From the NCBI GenBank assembly GCA_040879165.1, contig JBBDKV010000003.1, forward strand, positions 46,838-110,837: 64,000 nt of DNA. Reading direction: 5' to 3'. The notes below the pieces were generated by a model. The model saw nothing but the letters and a program-made list of their open reading frames with translations. It was not told the origin of the DNA and did not search any database. Each line of letters opens with the position of its first letter. Positions within the stretch are counted from its first letter, which is position 1. This DNA comes from Patescibacteria group bacterium (lineage in GTDB: Bacteria; Patescibacteriota; Microgenomatia; UBA1400; PJMF01). Positions 20,686 through 30,875 of this stretch are shown here, one piece after another. A program made the position numbers and the translations under genes.

Positions 20686-21637
20686 AAGCGTCTTCTACAA
20701 CCTCTTAAAAACCGCACGTCCTCGGCAATGGATTAAAAACTTGGCATTGTACGCAGCGCTGATTTTTTCAGGCATGCTGTTTTATGTACCCACTGACGCC
20801 CCCGCCTACTTTTTGACTGTAACTCTCGCCTTCATCACTTTTAATTTCATCACTTCTAGTATCTATATTTTTAACGATATTGTTGATGCAGAAGCCGATC
20901 GCAATCATCCATTCAAAAAGAAGCGACCTATTGCATCAGGCGCACTTTCAGTACGCTCAGCCAAAATTGGCGCTGGAGTTTTGCTCATCATTAGTCTTAT
21001 TTTGTCATTTTATTTAACGTTCTTCTTTCAACTGATGGCACTTGCCTACGTACTGCTTCAGATATTATATGCGAAGTTTCTCAAGCACATTCCAATTTTT
21101 GATGTAGCATCAATAGCCACCGGCTTTCTGATCAGAATTTATGCCGGGGCGCTCGTCGTTAATCTCCATATGAACGTTTGGTTTTTACTGACTGTTATCT
21201 CAGCGTCATTATTCTTAGCTGTGGGTAAACGTCAAAGTGAGCGCACACTACTTTCTGGGCAATCAGAGGAAGTAATCGGCTCAACACGCAAGATTCTCAA
21301 GCACTACACCCAGCGCTTACTCGACCAATACACGGGCATGTTTGCCACTGCAGCATGGCTTAGCTATGCCATTTATACCTTTCAAGCACAAACAGTTGTT
21401 CCAGCAGCCGAATTTACTCAAATCTACACATTTTTACCAAAAACACTGCACTCGCAAAAACTACTGATGCTAACACTACCTTTTGTAATTTTTGGCATCA
21501 TGCGCTACTTACAACTGATTTATGAAAAAAATGAAGGTGAATCCCCAGAGCGAGTGCTGCTTGGAGACAGAACGTTGCTCACCACACTTTTTATGTTTGG
21601 CAGTAGCGTTCTCTTAATTATTTACGTCATCGGTTAA
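20672..21637 (+). CDS. UbiA-family decaprenyl-phosphate phosphoribosyltransferase-like protein
   Basis: RPRQWIKN, YIFNDIVDAEADRNHPFKKKRPIASG, GKRQSE, GIMRY. Confidence 0.88.
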   Translation: MTHNKSVFYNLLKTARPRQWIKNLALYAALIFSGMLFYVPTDAPAYFLTVTLAFITFNFITSSIYIFNDIVDAEADRNHPFKKKRPIASGALSVRSAKIGAGVLLIISLILSFYLTFFFQLMALAYVLLQILYAKFLKHIPIFDVASIATGFLIRIYAGALVVNLHMNVWFLLTVISASLFLAVGKRQSERTLLSGQSEEVIGSTRKILKHYTQRLLDQYTGMFATAAWLSYAIYTFQAQTVVPAAEFTQIYTFLPKTLHSQKLLMLTLPFVIFGIMRYLQLIYEKNEGESPERVLLGDRTLLTTLFMFGSSVLLIIYVIG

Positions 21638-21660
21638 ACCTAATTATCTGCCCAAAAAAT

Positions 21661-23007
21661 ATGTTGACTAGTTTATTGCATCAATACCGAGCAAGTATTC
21701 TCCTGCTCATTCTTGCGTTTGCCTTCGTAACTCGCATTCTGTTTGTTGATCAGCCAGAGGAATATTACTTTGATGAAGTCTACCACAGCGTTACTGCTCG
21801 ATTGATAGCTGAAAATGATCCCCGAGCCTTTGAATGGTGGAATACAGCGCCAGAGCAAGACACCGCTATCGATTGGCTCCACCCCCCTGTAGCTAAGTAC
21901 ATTCAAGCCAGTACAGTCCTGCTTTTTGGAGCCAATAGCTTCGGCTTTCGCTTTAGCTCAGTGCTGTTTGGCGTCGTAGTTATTCTGCTTACCTACCATG
22001 TGGCTCAACGCCTTTTTAACAATACTCGACTCAGCCTGCTGGCTGCTGCACTGGCTAGTTTTGATGGACTACTGCTCGCTCAATCAAGAATTACCATGAA
22101 CGATATTCATGTTACAGCCTTTATTCTACTCAGCACATTGTGTTTCTTGACGTATTTGCACAATCAAAACAGTAAATGGCTGCTATTGACCGGCGTGATA
22201 ACAGGCATAACCATCGCAACCAAATGGTCTGGCATTTTAATACTTCCGGCGTTTGTCGCTCTATTATTTTTTAATTGGCTCGCATCAGGCAATCAAATAC
22301 AAGTCAAAAAAATTGCTCAGGTTGTCGGTGCATTGGGCATCATTCCACTAATTGTATTTATTAGCAGCTATGCTCTTATGTTTGCGCAGGGTAAAGATCT
22401 CGCTCACTTTATAGAGTTACAAAAACAAGTTTGGTGGTATCAGACAACGTTATCTGCCACCCATCCAGCGCAATCGCGACCTTGGGAATGGGTCTTAAAT
22501 ACGAGTCCTGTTTGGTATCACGTTGATTACATCTCAGACGAGTTACGTGGCAACATTTATGCACAGGGCAATCTCCCGCTCTATTGGCTTGGAGCGATTG
22601 CTGTACTGGCCGCTAGTCTGCATGTTGCACGAAAGAAAATCACTGCTTTTACGGCTTCCCGAAATGCATCATATGTCCAGCGGTTGCAAGCAATTACTCG
22701 ATCAGTCGTCACTGAGCCAGTTGCGCCACTAGTACTGTTGTATTTTATACTTTGGGTACCGTGGCTTTTTTCTCCAAGAATTATGTTTTTCTATCACTAT
22801 GCACCAGCCGTGCCATTTATGTGCATTCTTTTGGCATGGTGGCTGCTCAGATTACAACAAAAAATCAAGCATGGTTCGTATCTTATCTGGACCGCTTTTC
22901 TTGTAATAGGTGTTTGGTTTGTAGCTTGGTACCCCTACTGGACTGGAGTTCCCACACCGATTATTTTTCACGAAAATATCTATCAATATTTTGATGTGTG
23001 GAAATAG
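21661..23007 (+). CDS. Protein O-mannosyltransferase-like GT39 (PMT)
   Basis: FDEVY, HPPVAK, TKWSG, HPAQSRPWEW, FFYHYAP motifs. Confidence 0.88.
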   Translation: MLTSLLHQYRASILLLILAFAFVTRILFVDQPEEYYFDEVYHSVTARLIAENDPRAFEWWNTAPEQDTAIDWLHPPVAKYIQASTVLLFGANSFGFRFSSVLFGVVVILLTYHVAQRLFNNTRLSLLAAALASFDGLLLAQSRITMNDIHVTAFILLSTLCFLTYLHNQNSKWLLLTGVITGITIATKWSGILILPAFVALLFFNWLASGNQIQVKKIAQVVGALGIIPLIVFISSYALMFAQGKDLAHFIELQKQVWWYQTTLSATHPAQSRPWEWVLNTSPVWYHVDYISDELRGNIYAQGNLPLYWLGAIAVLAASLHVARKKITAFTASRNASYVQRLQAITRSVVTEPVAPLVLLYFILWVPWLFSPRIMFFYHYAPAVPFMCILLAWWLLRLQQKIKHGSYLIWTAFLVIGVWFVAWYPYWTGVPTPIIFHENIYQYFDVWK

Positions 23008-23012
23008 AAAAC

Positions 23013-26000
23013 CTACTTTTCATCTAAAAAATCTAAATTTCTCATTTCCTGGACCACCTCACGAATTACCTTCTTCAGCTCGCCTACCTCTTCGTCTACC
23101 AAATCAAAATGATGCTGTGTAATAATTTTTTTACTTTCAGCGTACAAAAACTCAAATTGACCGGCTATGACTGTTGGTTGAAAGGTGTTGTCTAAATCAG
23201 TCAATAATTTATAAAACAATAATTGTCGCTTATACGGACCGCGAATGCTTTCTGGCAAGGCACGTTCACGGTGCGAGAGTTTGTCAATAGCGGTCGCCCC
23301 GATAATGGCGTTTTTTGACTGAGGCTTACTAGCCTTATAGTCAATGACGCGAACTGTTTTTTCATCAGGACTGACCCAATCAATACGATCAATTCTCCCT
23401 GTCAATGCTATGTCATCCATCCAAACAGGTTTGCTCGTAGAACCAAAAGTTCGCTCAGTAAAGGCAAGCATTTCTGGCTGGAAAGGTTTCTCCTGATGAT
23501 AGGCCTCTACCACTGTTGTGCCCTGCTGTAATCGACGAGCGTGTTCATGCTCACCAAACTCTCCCTTGCGCAAACCTTCGTCAAGTGTGGCAATAATCTC
23601 TGCAAAGTCAATTGTTCGTCCAAGCAAGTGCTGCTTTACCAATTTCTCAATACCTGCATGCAAGGCAGTGCCGTAAATCATGTGCCCTTGCGCTACTTGC
23701 GGCACGCGTAAAACATCATTGAGCACAAATTCAGCGGGGTCTCTGAGGTATCGATTTAGAGCAGAAACTGACATCTTGAAATCTGCCATTTCTGATTGCA
23801 AAAACCGTCGTACCGCAGGAGTTCGATCAATCAAAACGGGCGGTGCCAAGAGCTGTGCTAAAGTAGGTTGCACCGCAGTATCATCAAGCGAAATCTGCTC
23901 AAGATCAGCGAAGATTCCAGCTTCATGCAAAAACATACTTGCCACTTGTGCCTTAGTTTTTCCTTTAGCAAGCAGTGTTTCTGGATAGGTGCAGTAGACA
24001 GCCTTGCTTGCTCGGGTGAGTGCGACATAAAACAATCGTCGATCATCTTCGTTGCGTTCTTTTTTAGTGACATCAGTATATTTCAAAACAGAATCAGGAA
24101 GTGGCAATAACTCCCGCTGACGCGCATTACCCCACTTCCCATCATAACAAGCTGTGATGAATACATACTGCCACTCTTTACCCTTGGCACCGTGAACTGT
24201 ACTCAACTCAACCGCTTCCTCAGCAAACGCTGAGCTACTGACCGGTATGCTCAGACCATGCAGTTGTAGTATTGCTGTGGACTCAAGCAGCTGCGACAGT
24301 GAGAATGAAGGTGCGCCATCCGCCCATTCCTGAACAGTTTTTTGAAAAGAAAGCAGTGCCATCAAATCAGGTAATCTTGACAGATCAGACCTTAGCCACT
24401 GAATGATGCCTGCTTGGTCAAATACCTCGCGCAACCAGTGAGAAATTCCTGTCTGAGCCGCTAGCTGACCAAGGCTCTCTAATTGGGCAACTACTTGCTG
24501 TATTTTTTCCAGCTCCGTTGCTGAGACATCTGGCAAAACCGCGACAAGTTCCTCTGTGTCCTTCTGCAACAAATGATAGAGTGATCCTCGTTCACGACCA
24601 GCTTTTTGTACCAACTGATAAACTACCGCTGATTCAAGTTCCCACCATGGTTGGAGTAAGACTTGATACAACGTATAACTATCTGCTTGGGCTTCAAGCT
24701 CATCAACGACTTGAATCAATCGCAACACGTCTTGTACTGCTTTAACGTTCAAAGCATTCTGTTCTGCTTGAGTTTTGGTAACAATGTTGTGTTGTGCTAG
24801 CACGTCTGCAAGCTGTAATGACTCAGCGTTGGTTTTAGTTAAAATTGCAATCTGATCAGCCGCAACGCCACGGTTGAGCAATTGTTTGATTTCTTGAACA
24901 AGTATCAACCATTCCTGAATATCTGAAGGCGTTGAGTAGGTAATAATTTGTTTGGTAGTGCGATCATGCTCTTGTTGACTCTGCAAAGACTGCTGTAGTT
25001 GTTGGCTAATAGCGGTCTCAATGCTAGTTCCTGACTGAGCGGTAAGCTGATTTTCACCAATCAGCTTGTGAGCGCTATCGTATATTGGTTGCGGACAGCG
25101 ATACCCCTGAGTCAAATTAATAACGGTTGCAGTAGGAAATCTCTCTAAAAATGCGTAGACATTTTCTACTGAAGCACCTTGAAATCGGAAAATTGCTTGG
25201 TGTGGATCACCTACCACAAAAATGTTAGCGGCTTCACCCCAGTGAGCACTCAATTGCCAAAGCAGCTCATTCTGCGTAGCATTGGTGTCCTGATACTCAT
25301 CAGTCAGTACGTACTGGTAGCGCTCCTGATAGGTCTGCAACAGCGTCGACTGCGTCTTAAATCCCTCAAGCACCAAATTAATCATATCGTCAAAGTCATA
25401 ACGCGCCATCTCACCAAGTGCCTGCTGGTACGCACTGAACACCTGAGCAAGTTCAGTATTTTTTTGTCTCTTTTTTTCAAAAGCGGCGAGCGTGGTTTTG
25501 TTTTTTGTGTCTGGAGGCTCAGCAAAGTCGTCTTTGACTAGTTTGGCAAAAGTTGTTGGATTGTAGCCTTCCTTTTTTACATTACTAATGGCCTCTAAAA
25601 TTGATCGCGCGTAATGTCGCGGGTCGTTGAGCGGTTTAAGCACTTCTAGCTCTAGTTCTGAGAGTAGTTTTTCTATCAAGAGATAGCGCTCCAAATCAGA
25701 CAACGCTTGGCTCGCGGGATTTATCGGAAACTGATCACTTTGCTCTGAAAGGACGTCTGCACAAAATGCGTGAAAAGTCATAATACTAACGTAGTAGCCC
25801 GTTTGACCAATCAGAGAAACAAGTCGCTCGCGCATGTTTTTAGCAGCTGCATCAGTGAAAGTAATGGCTAAAATGGACTGTGGTGGGGTGTCAGTTTTTT
25901 GCAATATTGCGGCAATTCTTGCCGCAAGCACTTGGGTTTTACCGGTGCCTGGACCAGCTAACACCATTACTGGGCCTTCAATTGTTTCCACTGCCTGTAA

Positions 26001-26084
26001 TTGTTCAGGATTCAGCATGGCCAATAAATTGCGATATTGATCTGCAGATTTGTCTTGTGAAGCGGTTGCTTTTGGAGAGGTCAT
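23013..26084 (-). CDS. UvrD/PcrA-family helicase fused to a C-terminal PD-(D/E)XK nuclease
   Basis: AGPGTGKT, DEYQDTN, VGDPHQAIFRFQGA, RRLFYVALTRA, then GRIDRID..IDYK..QL.FY. Start ATG 26084 lies 6 nt after TATACT. Confidence 0.93.
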   Translation of the reverse strand: MTSPKATASQDKSADQYRNLLAMLNPEQLQAVETIEGPVMVLAGPGTGKTQVLAARIAAILQKTDTPPQSILAITFTDAAAKNMRERLVSLIGQTGYYVSIMTFHAFCADVLSEQSDQFPINPASQALSDLERYLLIEKLLSELELEVLKPLNDPRHYARSILEAISNVKKEGYNPTTFAKLVKDDFAEPPDTKNKTTLAAFEKKRQKNTELAQVFSAYQQALGEMARYDFDDMINLVLEGFKTQSTLLQTYQERYQYVLTDEYQDTNATQNELLWQLSAHWGEAANIFVVGDPHQAIFRFQGASVENVYAFLERFPTATVINLTQGYRCPQPIYDSAHKLIGENQLTAQSGTSIETAISQQLQQSLQSQQEHDRTTKQIITYSTPSDIQEWLILVQEIKQLLNRGVAADQIAILTKTNAESLQLADVLAQHNIVTKTQAEQNALNVKAVQDVLRLIQVVDELEAQADSYTLYQVLLQPWWELESAVVYQLVQKAGRERGSLYHLLQKDTEELVAVLPDVSATELEKIQQVVAQLESLGQLAAQTGISHWLREVFDQAGIIQWLRSDLSRLPDLMALLSFQKTVQEWADGAPSFSLSQLLESTAILQLHGLSIPVSSSAFAEEAVELSTVHGAKGKEWQYVFITACYDGKWGNARQRELLPLPDSVLKYTDVTKKERNEDDRRLFYVALTRASKAVYCTYPETLLAKGKTKAQVASMFLHEAGIFADLEQISLDDTAVQPTLAQLLAPPVLIDRTPAVRRFLQSEMADFKMSVSALNRYLRDPAEFVLNDVLRVPQVAQGHMIYGTALHAGIEKLVKQHLLGRTIDFAEIIATLDEGLRKGEFGEHEHARRLQQGTTVVEAYHQEKPFQPEMLAFTERTFGSTSKPVWMDDIALTGRIDRIDWVSPDEKTVRVIDYKASKPQSKNAIIGATAIDKLSHRERALPESIRGPYKRQLLFYKLLTDLDNTFQPTVIAGQFEFLYAESKKIITQHHFDLVDEEVGELKKVIREVVQEMRNLDFLDEK

Positions 26085-26208
26085 GGTGCAAGTATACCAA
26101 AGTACGCGTGTTGCAATATTTTTGCAATGTTGGTTATTTTTCGTATCGTTGCGCTTGTTGCCGTTCGTGTTGTAGTACTTGTTGCTGTACTTGTTGGGCC
26201 GAAGCAAG

Positions 26209-27030
26209 CTAGGCTGAGAAATCAAACTCGTTAAATGGCGGACAAACAATTCTATTACTTTCGCCAATTGCATCTATAGCGGCAACATCTTCATCTTCAA
26301 GTTGCCAATCTTGGGCCAGCAATGCATCCGCGATCCGCTCAGGCTTGCTTGAGCGAGGAATAACGATCATGTCCTTGCTCAGCAACCAATTAAGAATCAC
26401 TTGCGCAGGACTCCGTTGATATTTTTCTGCCAATGTTTGAATAATCGGCAACTGCAAGTCAGCTCCTTGAGCTATAGGAGAGTAGGCAGTGATACGTATA
26501 TCGTGTTCAGCACAAAAAGCGAGCAATTCTTCTTGATTAAGCGAGGGATGAAACTCAACTTGATTGATAGCAATAGTATGCCCAGTTTCTAAAGCCTGTT
26601 TAAGGTGAGCGATGGTAAAGTTTGATACGCCAAAAGACTTGATAATACCCTGCTTTTGCAAAGAAGCCATTGCCCCAAGCGTTTCGTCAATCGGAATATC
26701 ACGATTTGGCCAATGAATCAGTAGTAGATCAAGATACTCTGTTTGCAGTTCTTGCAAAAATCGCTCGGCAGCGCGCTGCAGATCCGCGGCATGCAGCTGA
26801 TCACGCCAAACCTTAGTCGTGAGAAAAATGTCTGAACGCTTGATGCCGCTATCCGCAATGCCTGCAGCTACATCAGCATGATTACCATATCGATCAGCGG
26901 TATCAAGGTGACGATGCCCCGCCGCAAGCGCTGTTGCCACTGCCTGCTGACAGGCTTTGCCAGTCAACTGCCAGGTGCCAAAACCGAGGGAGGGAATGGT
27001 GGTGTTTGGGTTGAGTTGTAGGGTTTTCAT
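26209..27030 (-). CDS. Aldo/keto reductase
   Basis: GFGTWQ, DTADRY, DLLLIHWP, GVSNF, NQVEFHP, AYSP. Confidence 0.95.
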   Translation of the reverse strand: MKTLQLNPNTTIPSLGFGTWQLTGKACQQAVATALAAGHRHLDTADRYGNHADVAAGIADSGIKRSDIFLTTKVWRDQLHAADLQRAAERFLQELQTEYLDLLLIHWPNRDIPIDETLGAMASLQKQGIIKSFGVSNFTIAHLKQALETGHTIAINQVEFHPSLNQEELLAFCAEHDIRITAYSPIAQGADLQLPIIQTLAEKYQRSPAQVILNWLLSKDMIVIPRSSKPERIADALLAQDWQLEDEDVAAIDAIGESNRIVCPPFNEFDFSA

Positions 27031-27033
27031 GTT

Positions 27034-27273
27034 CTAATTTAAACTTTTTATTTCAATCTCAAGATTTCTAATCTGCGCTCTAACAGCTTTATTTGCACTC
27101 CTCAGTTCTGCTGCTTTTTCTGAATCATTTGTATGAGCAATTTTCCAGTCATTCCCACTTATGATCGTGAGATTATTGTTAACCTGAGCACGCAACTCTC
27201 TAATTTTTTCAGCATTTGTTTTAGCTGCATCATACGCCTCTTGATGACCTGGGTTTAATTCACTTTCTGACAT
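27034..27273 (-). CDS. Hypothetical coiled-coil protein (accessory)
   Basis: 79-aa ORF with AGGTGG RBS-like sequence upstream; AT-rich. Confidence 0.7.
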   Translation of the reverse strand: MSESELNPGHQEAYDAAKTNAEKIRELRAQVNNNLTIISGNDWKIAHTNDSEKAAELRSANKAVRAQIRNLEIEIKSLN

Positions 27274-27288
27274 ATTTCCACCTTTCTC

Positions 27289-27546
27289 CTACTTCTTTAA
27301 ATCCTGCTTCAAACTCGCAATCCGTCGCTCCAGTAATGAGCTTCTCAACTCAAATGTTTTTGAAAGTGGATCATCAGTTGCGAACTGGCCCTTGATTGAT
27401 TGTTGGTGGGCGGTCTCCAATTGCGTGAGACGTCTGGTTGCTTGCTCCTGTTTACGAGTAGCAAATGTGTTCGATTGTTGTTTATTGTCGGTATTAGTGA
27501 CGTTCGCCGCAGAAAAACGTCTAATAGTTGGCTTGATCATATGCAA
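27289..27546 (-). CDS. Hypothetical protein
   Basis: 85-aa ORF co-oriented with its neighbours; start may be ATG 27540. Confidence 0.6.
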   Translation of the reverse strand: MHMIKPTIRRFSAANVTNTDNKQQSNTFATRKQEQATRRLTQLETAHQQSIKGQFATDDPLSKTFELRSSLLERRIASLKQDLKK

Positions 27547-27828
27547 TAGTTGCGAGTACGTATCAAGTTGATAGTATCATGGATGTGCGCTGTTCTCAAT
27601 GCGACTGCCAATGATTGTGTGGTTTATTGTACGGAAGAATGTAAAGAAGCAACGTCAGTATTTCAGCAGCATTCACTGCACAAGCCTGCTTTTTTGATCT
27701 ATTTTAATCCAAAGAATCAAATTGACGTAGGTAACGGAACATAGTAGGTTATGAACAAGTGAGATGTGCTCACAATGGTACAAATCATTGAATTCCGTCA
27801 AATGATGGGTTCTTTCGAAAGGAAACGT

Positions 27829-28698
27829 ATGAATCTAAAACATGTATTGGTTGGTGTTGGCGCTCTTGCTCTCTCTGTGGGAGTGGTTTCTGCCAGTAGT
27901 CACTTACTGGAACCATTTACCCAGACTGAGCTGGATACCAACTGGGAAGCTGATCGAGCATTCCCCACTGATGGTGTAACGTCTGTCTCTGACTTTGGCA
28001 GAGATGATGTGGCTCGTATCGGCATTGATAGTTCAGAAACAGCTCCGGGAACTTTTCAAAGAACCGAAGGGATTAAAACTGTCGGTGATCAAAATTTTGG
28101 CACTGAAGTACAAGTTGATCTCTATGTTGACTCTGACTGGCAAGATTCAGCCGTTCGCTCTGGTTTCTGGGTAGTTGGTGACAATGACACCACTGCTACT
28201 GGTTCAGCAGCTCGTGACAATTGGTTTGGCATTATCGAGTATGTCAATCTCGAGCCGGCTGACAGCGGTGACTCAGCAGCAGACGATCATCAAGGCTGGC
28301 GTTTCTGGGATTCAACCAATGGTTGGACCGAGGTAGCCCATCCTGTCACCTATGATGAGTGGGCAACACTCAAAATTGTGCTTGATACCGATGCGCAAGA
28401 GTACCACTATTTCATCAATGATGATCAAATCGGTACTGGTCCAGCTGGCGAACACTTCATTCGCGAAATCTTCCTGAATAGCTACAACTATGGTTTGGAC
28501 TCTTATCCAAATCTCAATAGCGATAGCTATGCTGCTCACTGGCATGTCGGGGTGGAGGCACAGACGCCTACATCTAAAGACGACTGCAAAAAGGGAGGTT
28601 GGATGAACTTGGTAGATGAAGACGGCAACCAATTCAAAAACCAGGGACAATGTGTCAGCTCAGTAGCGACACAAGGTGCTCCAGGGAGGAATAGGTAA
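27829..28698 (+). CDS. Secreted beta-rich protein with C-terminal CKKGGW...FKNQGQCVS motif
   Basis: Signal peptide MNLKHVLVGVGALALSVGVVSA; AAGGAA RBS before ATG 27829. Confidence 0.8.
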   Translation: MNLKHVLVGVGALALSVGVVSASSHLLEPFTQTELDTNWEADRAFPTDGVTSVSDFGRDDVARIGIDSSETAPGTFQRTEGIKTVGDQNFGTEVQVDLYVDSDWQDSAVRSGFWVVGDNDTTATGSAARDNWFGIIEYVNLEPADSGDSAADDHQGWRFWDSTNGWTEVAHPVTYDEWATLKIVLDTDAQEYHYFINDDQIGTGPAGEHFIREIFLNSYNYGLDSYPNLNSDSYAAHWHVGVEAQTPTSKDDCKKGGWMNLVDEDGNQFKNQGQCVSSVATQGAPGRNR

Positions 28699-28721
28699 TT
28701 GATCTCACAGATCAATGTAAG

Positions 28722-28750
28722 AAAACCCCTCTCAGTTGAGAGGGGTTTTT
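28722..28750. terminator. Intrinsic terminator
   Basis: AAAACCCCTCTCA-GT-TGAGAGGGGTTTTT perfect inverted repeat. Confidence 0.9.
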
Positions 28751-28913
28751 GGTATCAAAATTTAACTTACTCAGCATCACAGTATGCTTTGAAAGTCATC
28801 ATGTGATCTTGCAAAGTCTCGTGGGGGCCACCAAAACCTGGAATATTTTCGAAAGGATCTAAAAATCAAAGTTTGCCATGATATAATTTTATACATTTAA
28901 TGAATAAAATAGT

Positions 28914-29351
28914 ATGACAATAGAACAAACATATCAATCAATGACTTTCGGCTTTGGTTCAGAAGAAGAATTTGTACAAAAAGTTAAAGAATACGTAAAT
29001 GGTCTCCGCCAGGCATCGTCTGAATATGATAATCCGGAAGATCTTGACCTCTTTCTTGCTAAAAAAATTCAGCGACTAATCAATCGAAGAAATGCACAAA
29101 TAGATAATTTAGAAGAGCAACTTCTTAACCCAAACGCTTTGTATTTATATGTTCTTTCAATCTACTTAAAAGTTGTTGAGCTAGAAAATGATGGTAAATC
29201 CAGAATGGATATTGCTGATCAACTTTTAGAAACAGATGGAGAAAAAATTATGAAAATATTCAGCCTGTTGGAGACTGGATTGAATCAAAAATGGGCATAT
29301 ATTTTAATGCAAGAAATTTCAGCAGCAAAGACTCTAAAAAATAGTATTTAA
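28914..29351 (+). CDS. Hypothetical AT-rich protein near the tRNA 3' end
   Basis: 145-aa ORF, low GC, upstream TGATATAAT. Confidence 0.7.
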   Translation: MTIEQTYQSMTFGFGSEEEFVQKVKEYVNGLRQASSEYDNPEDLDLFLAKKIQRLINRRNAQIDNLEEQLLNPNALYLYVLSIYLKVVELENDGKSRMDIADQLLETDGEKIMKIFSLLETGLNQKWAYILMQEISAAKTLKNSI

Positions 29352-29469
29352 ACAACGTTACTTAAGCATGCTTGTCTACATCCTGCTTCGTTGTCGGGCC
29401 AACTGGACTCTCCGCTTGGCGGAGTAAACTTCTCGTCCAGCACCCTCCTCGTTCGCTATCGCTCTCTTG

Positions 29470-29543
29470 TCGGGGTGACTGGACTCGAACCAGCGACCAC
29501 TCGCACCCCATGCGAGCATTCTAGCCATCTGAACTACACCCCG
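29470..29543 (-). tRNA. tRNA-Pro(GGG), CCA not encoded
   Basis: CGGGGTG acceptor stem, D-arm TAGTTCAGATGG, anticodon arm CTCGC-AT GGG GT-GCGAG, T-loop GGTTCGAGTCC. Confidence 0.95.
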
Positions 29544-29738
29544 ACCGCTGCACAAAAACACAGCTTCTGAATTATACCAGCACTGACTGAGGACGGTACT
29601 GCTTAACACCGCCACAGCATACCACTCCAACTCTGACTCACAAACAGATGATCACTTTCCTACACTTTACTAAAGAATCATTTTGTACTATACAGATATC
29701 ACAAACGAATCCCCAATCTGAGGGTATGAAAGGATCAC

Positions 29739-30839
29739 ATGGCCAGACCTAGTAAAAACACACAGAGCGCTGACAAGAGCAAAACTGCCGCTACTACAAA
29801 CACCAATGACGAGAAAAAAGCTCGTCTTGAAGCAATCTCCATTGCTATGCAGCAAATTGAAAAAGAATTTGGCAAAGGCTCCATCATGAAGATGGGAACG
29901 GGAGGGCAGCAACGTGAGCGCATTCCCGTAGTACGCAGTGGCTCACTTGCTCTAGACTTAGCCCTTGGGGTTGGTGGGTATCCAAAAGGTAGAATCATTG
30001 AAATTTATGGTCCTGAAGCATCAGGAAAAACCACACTCTGTTTGCACGCAATTGCCAATGTTCAAAAAACTGGCGGAGTTGCCGCCTTTGTTGATGTAGA
30101 ACACGCTCTTGATCCACTCAGAGCTGAGAACATCGGCGTAAATTTGGATGACCTACTTATTTCACAACCAGATTACGGAGAACAGGCCTTAGAAATTGCT
30201 GAAACACTCATCCGCTCAGGAGGAGTTGATGTCCTCGTCATTGACTCAGTCGCAGCCCTCGTACCAAAAGCTGAAATCGAGGGAGAAATGGGTGATGCTC
30301 AGATGGGGTTGCAAGCTCGTCTTATGTCCCAAGCAATGCGTAAGCTAGCCGCAGCCATTAATCGCACTAAGACTCTAGTCATTTTCACCAACCAAATCAG
30401 AATGAAAATTGGTGTCATGTTCGGTAGTCCTGAAACTACTACTGGGGGTAACGCGCTTAAGTTTTACTCATCACAAAGGCTGGATGTTCGCAAAATAGGA
30501 AATATCCAAGAAGGTGAGAATGTTGTCGGTAGTCGCCATCGAGTTCGTGTCAAGAAAAATAAAGTAGCACCTCCTTTCCAAGTTGCTGAATTTGATATGG
30601 ACAACCAAGGCATTTCTCTCACAGGTGATGTAGTTGATCTGGGTGTTAAGTTCAAAGTCATTGAGCGATCTGGCAGCTTCTATAAATATGGTGGCGAAGT
30701 ACTAGCGCAAGGAAGAGAAGCCACTAAACAAAACCTTGCTGAAAACAAGGAGTTACTCAGTAAATTGCAAAAAGAGATTTGGCAAGCAGCCACAGCAGCA
30801 CCTGGAGATGCCAAAGGTATCAAAGCTGAGAAAAGCTGA
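29739..30839 (+). CDS. recA: Recombinase A
   Basis: [31 protein letters not shown]. Confidence 0.99.
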   Translation: MARPSKNTQSADKSKTAATTNTNDEKKARLEAISIAMQQIEKEFGKGSIMKMGTGGQQRERIPVVRSGSLALDLALGVGGYPKGRIIEIYGPEASGKTTLCLHAIANVQKTGGVAAFVDVEHALDPLRAENIGVNLDDLLISQPDYGEQALEIAETLIRSGGVDVLVIDSVAALVPKAEIEGEMGDAQMGLQARLMSQAMRKLAAAINRTKTLVIFTNQIRMKIGVMFGSPETTTGGNALKFYSSQRLDVRKIGNIQEGENVVGSRHRVRVKKNKVAPPFQVAEFDMDNQGISLTGDVVDLGVKFKVIERSGSFYKYGGEVLAQGREATKQNLAENKELLSKLQKEIWQAATAAPGDAKGIKAEKS

Positions 30840-30842
30840 GAA

Positions 30843-30871
30843 TTGACGCTTTGCACAGTCAGGAGTATAAT
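30843..30871 (+). promoter_or_regulatory. Near-consensus sigma70 promoter upstream of the rny leader
   Basis: TTGACG-17 nt-TATAAT. Confidence 0.8.
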
Positions 30872-30875
30872 TTAA

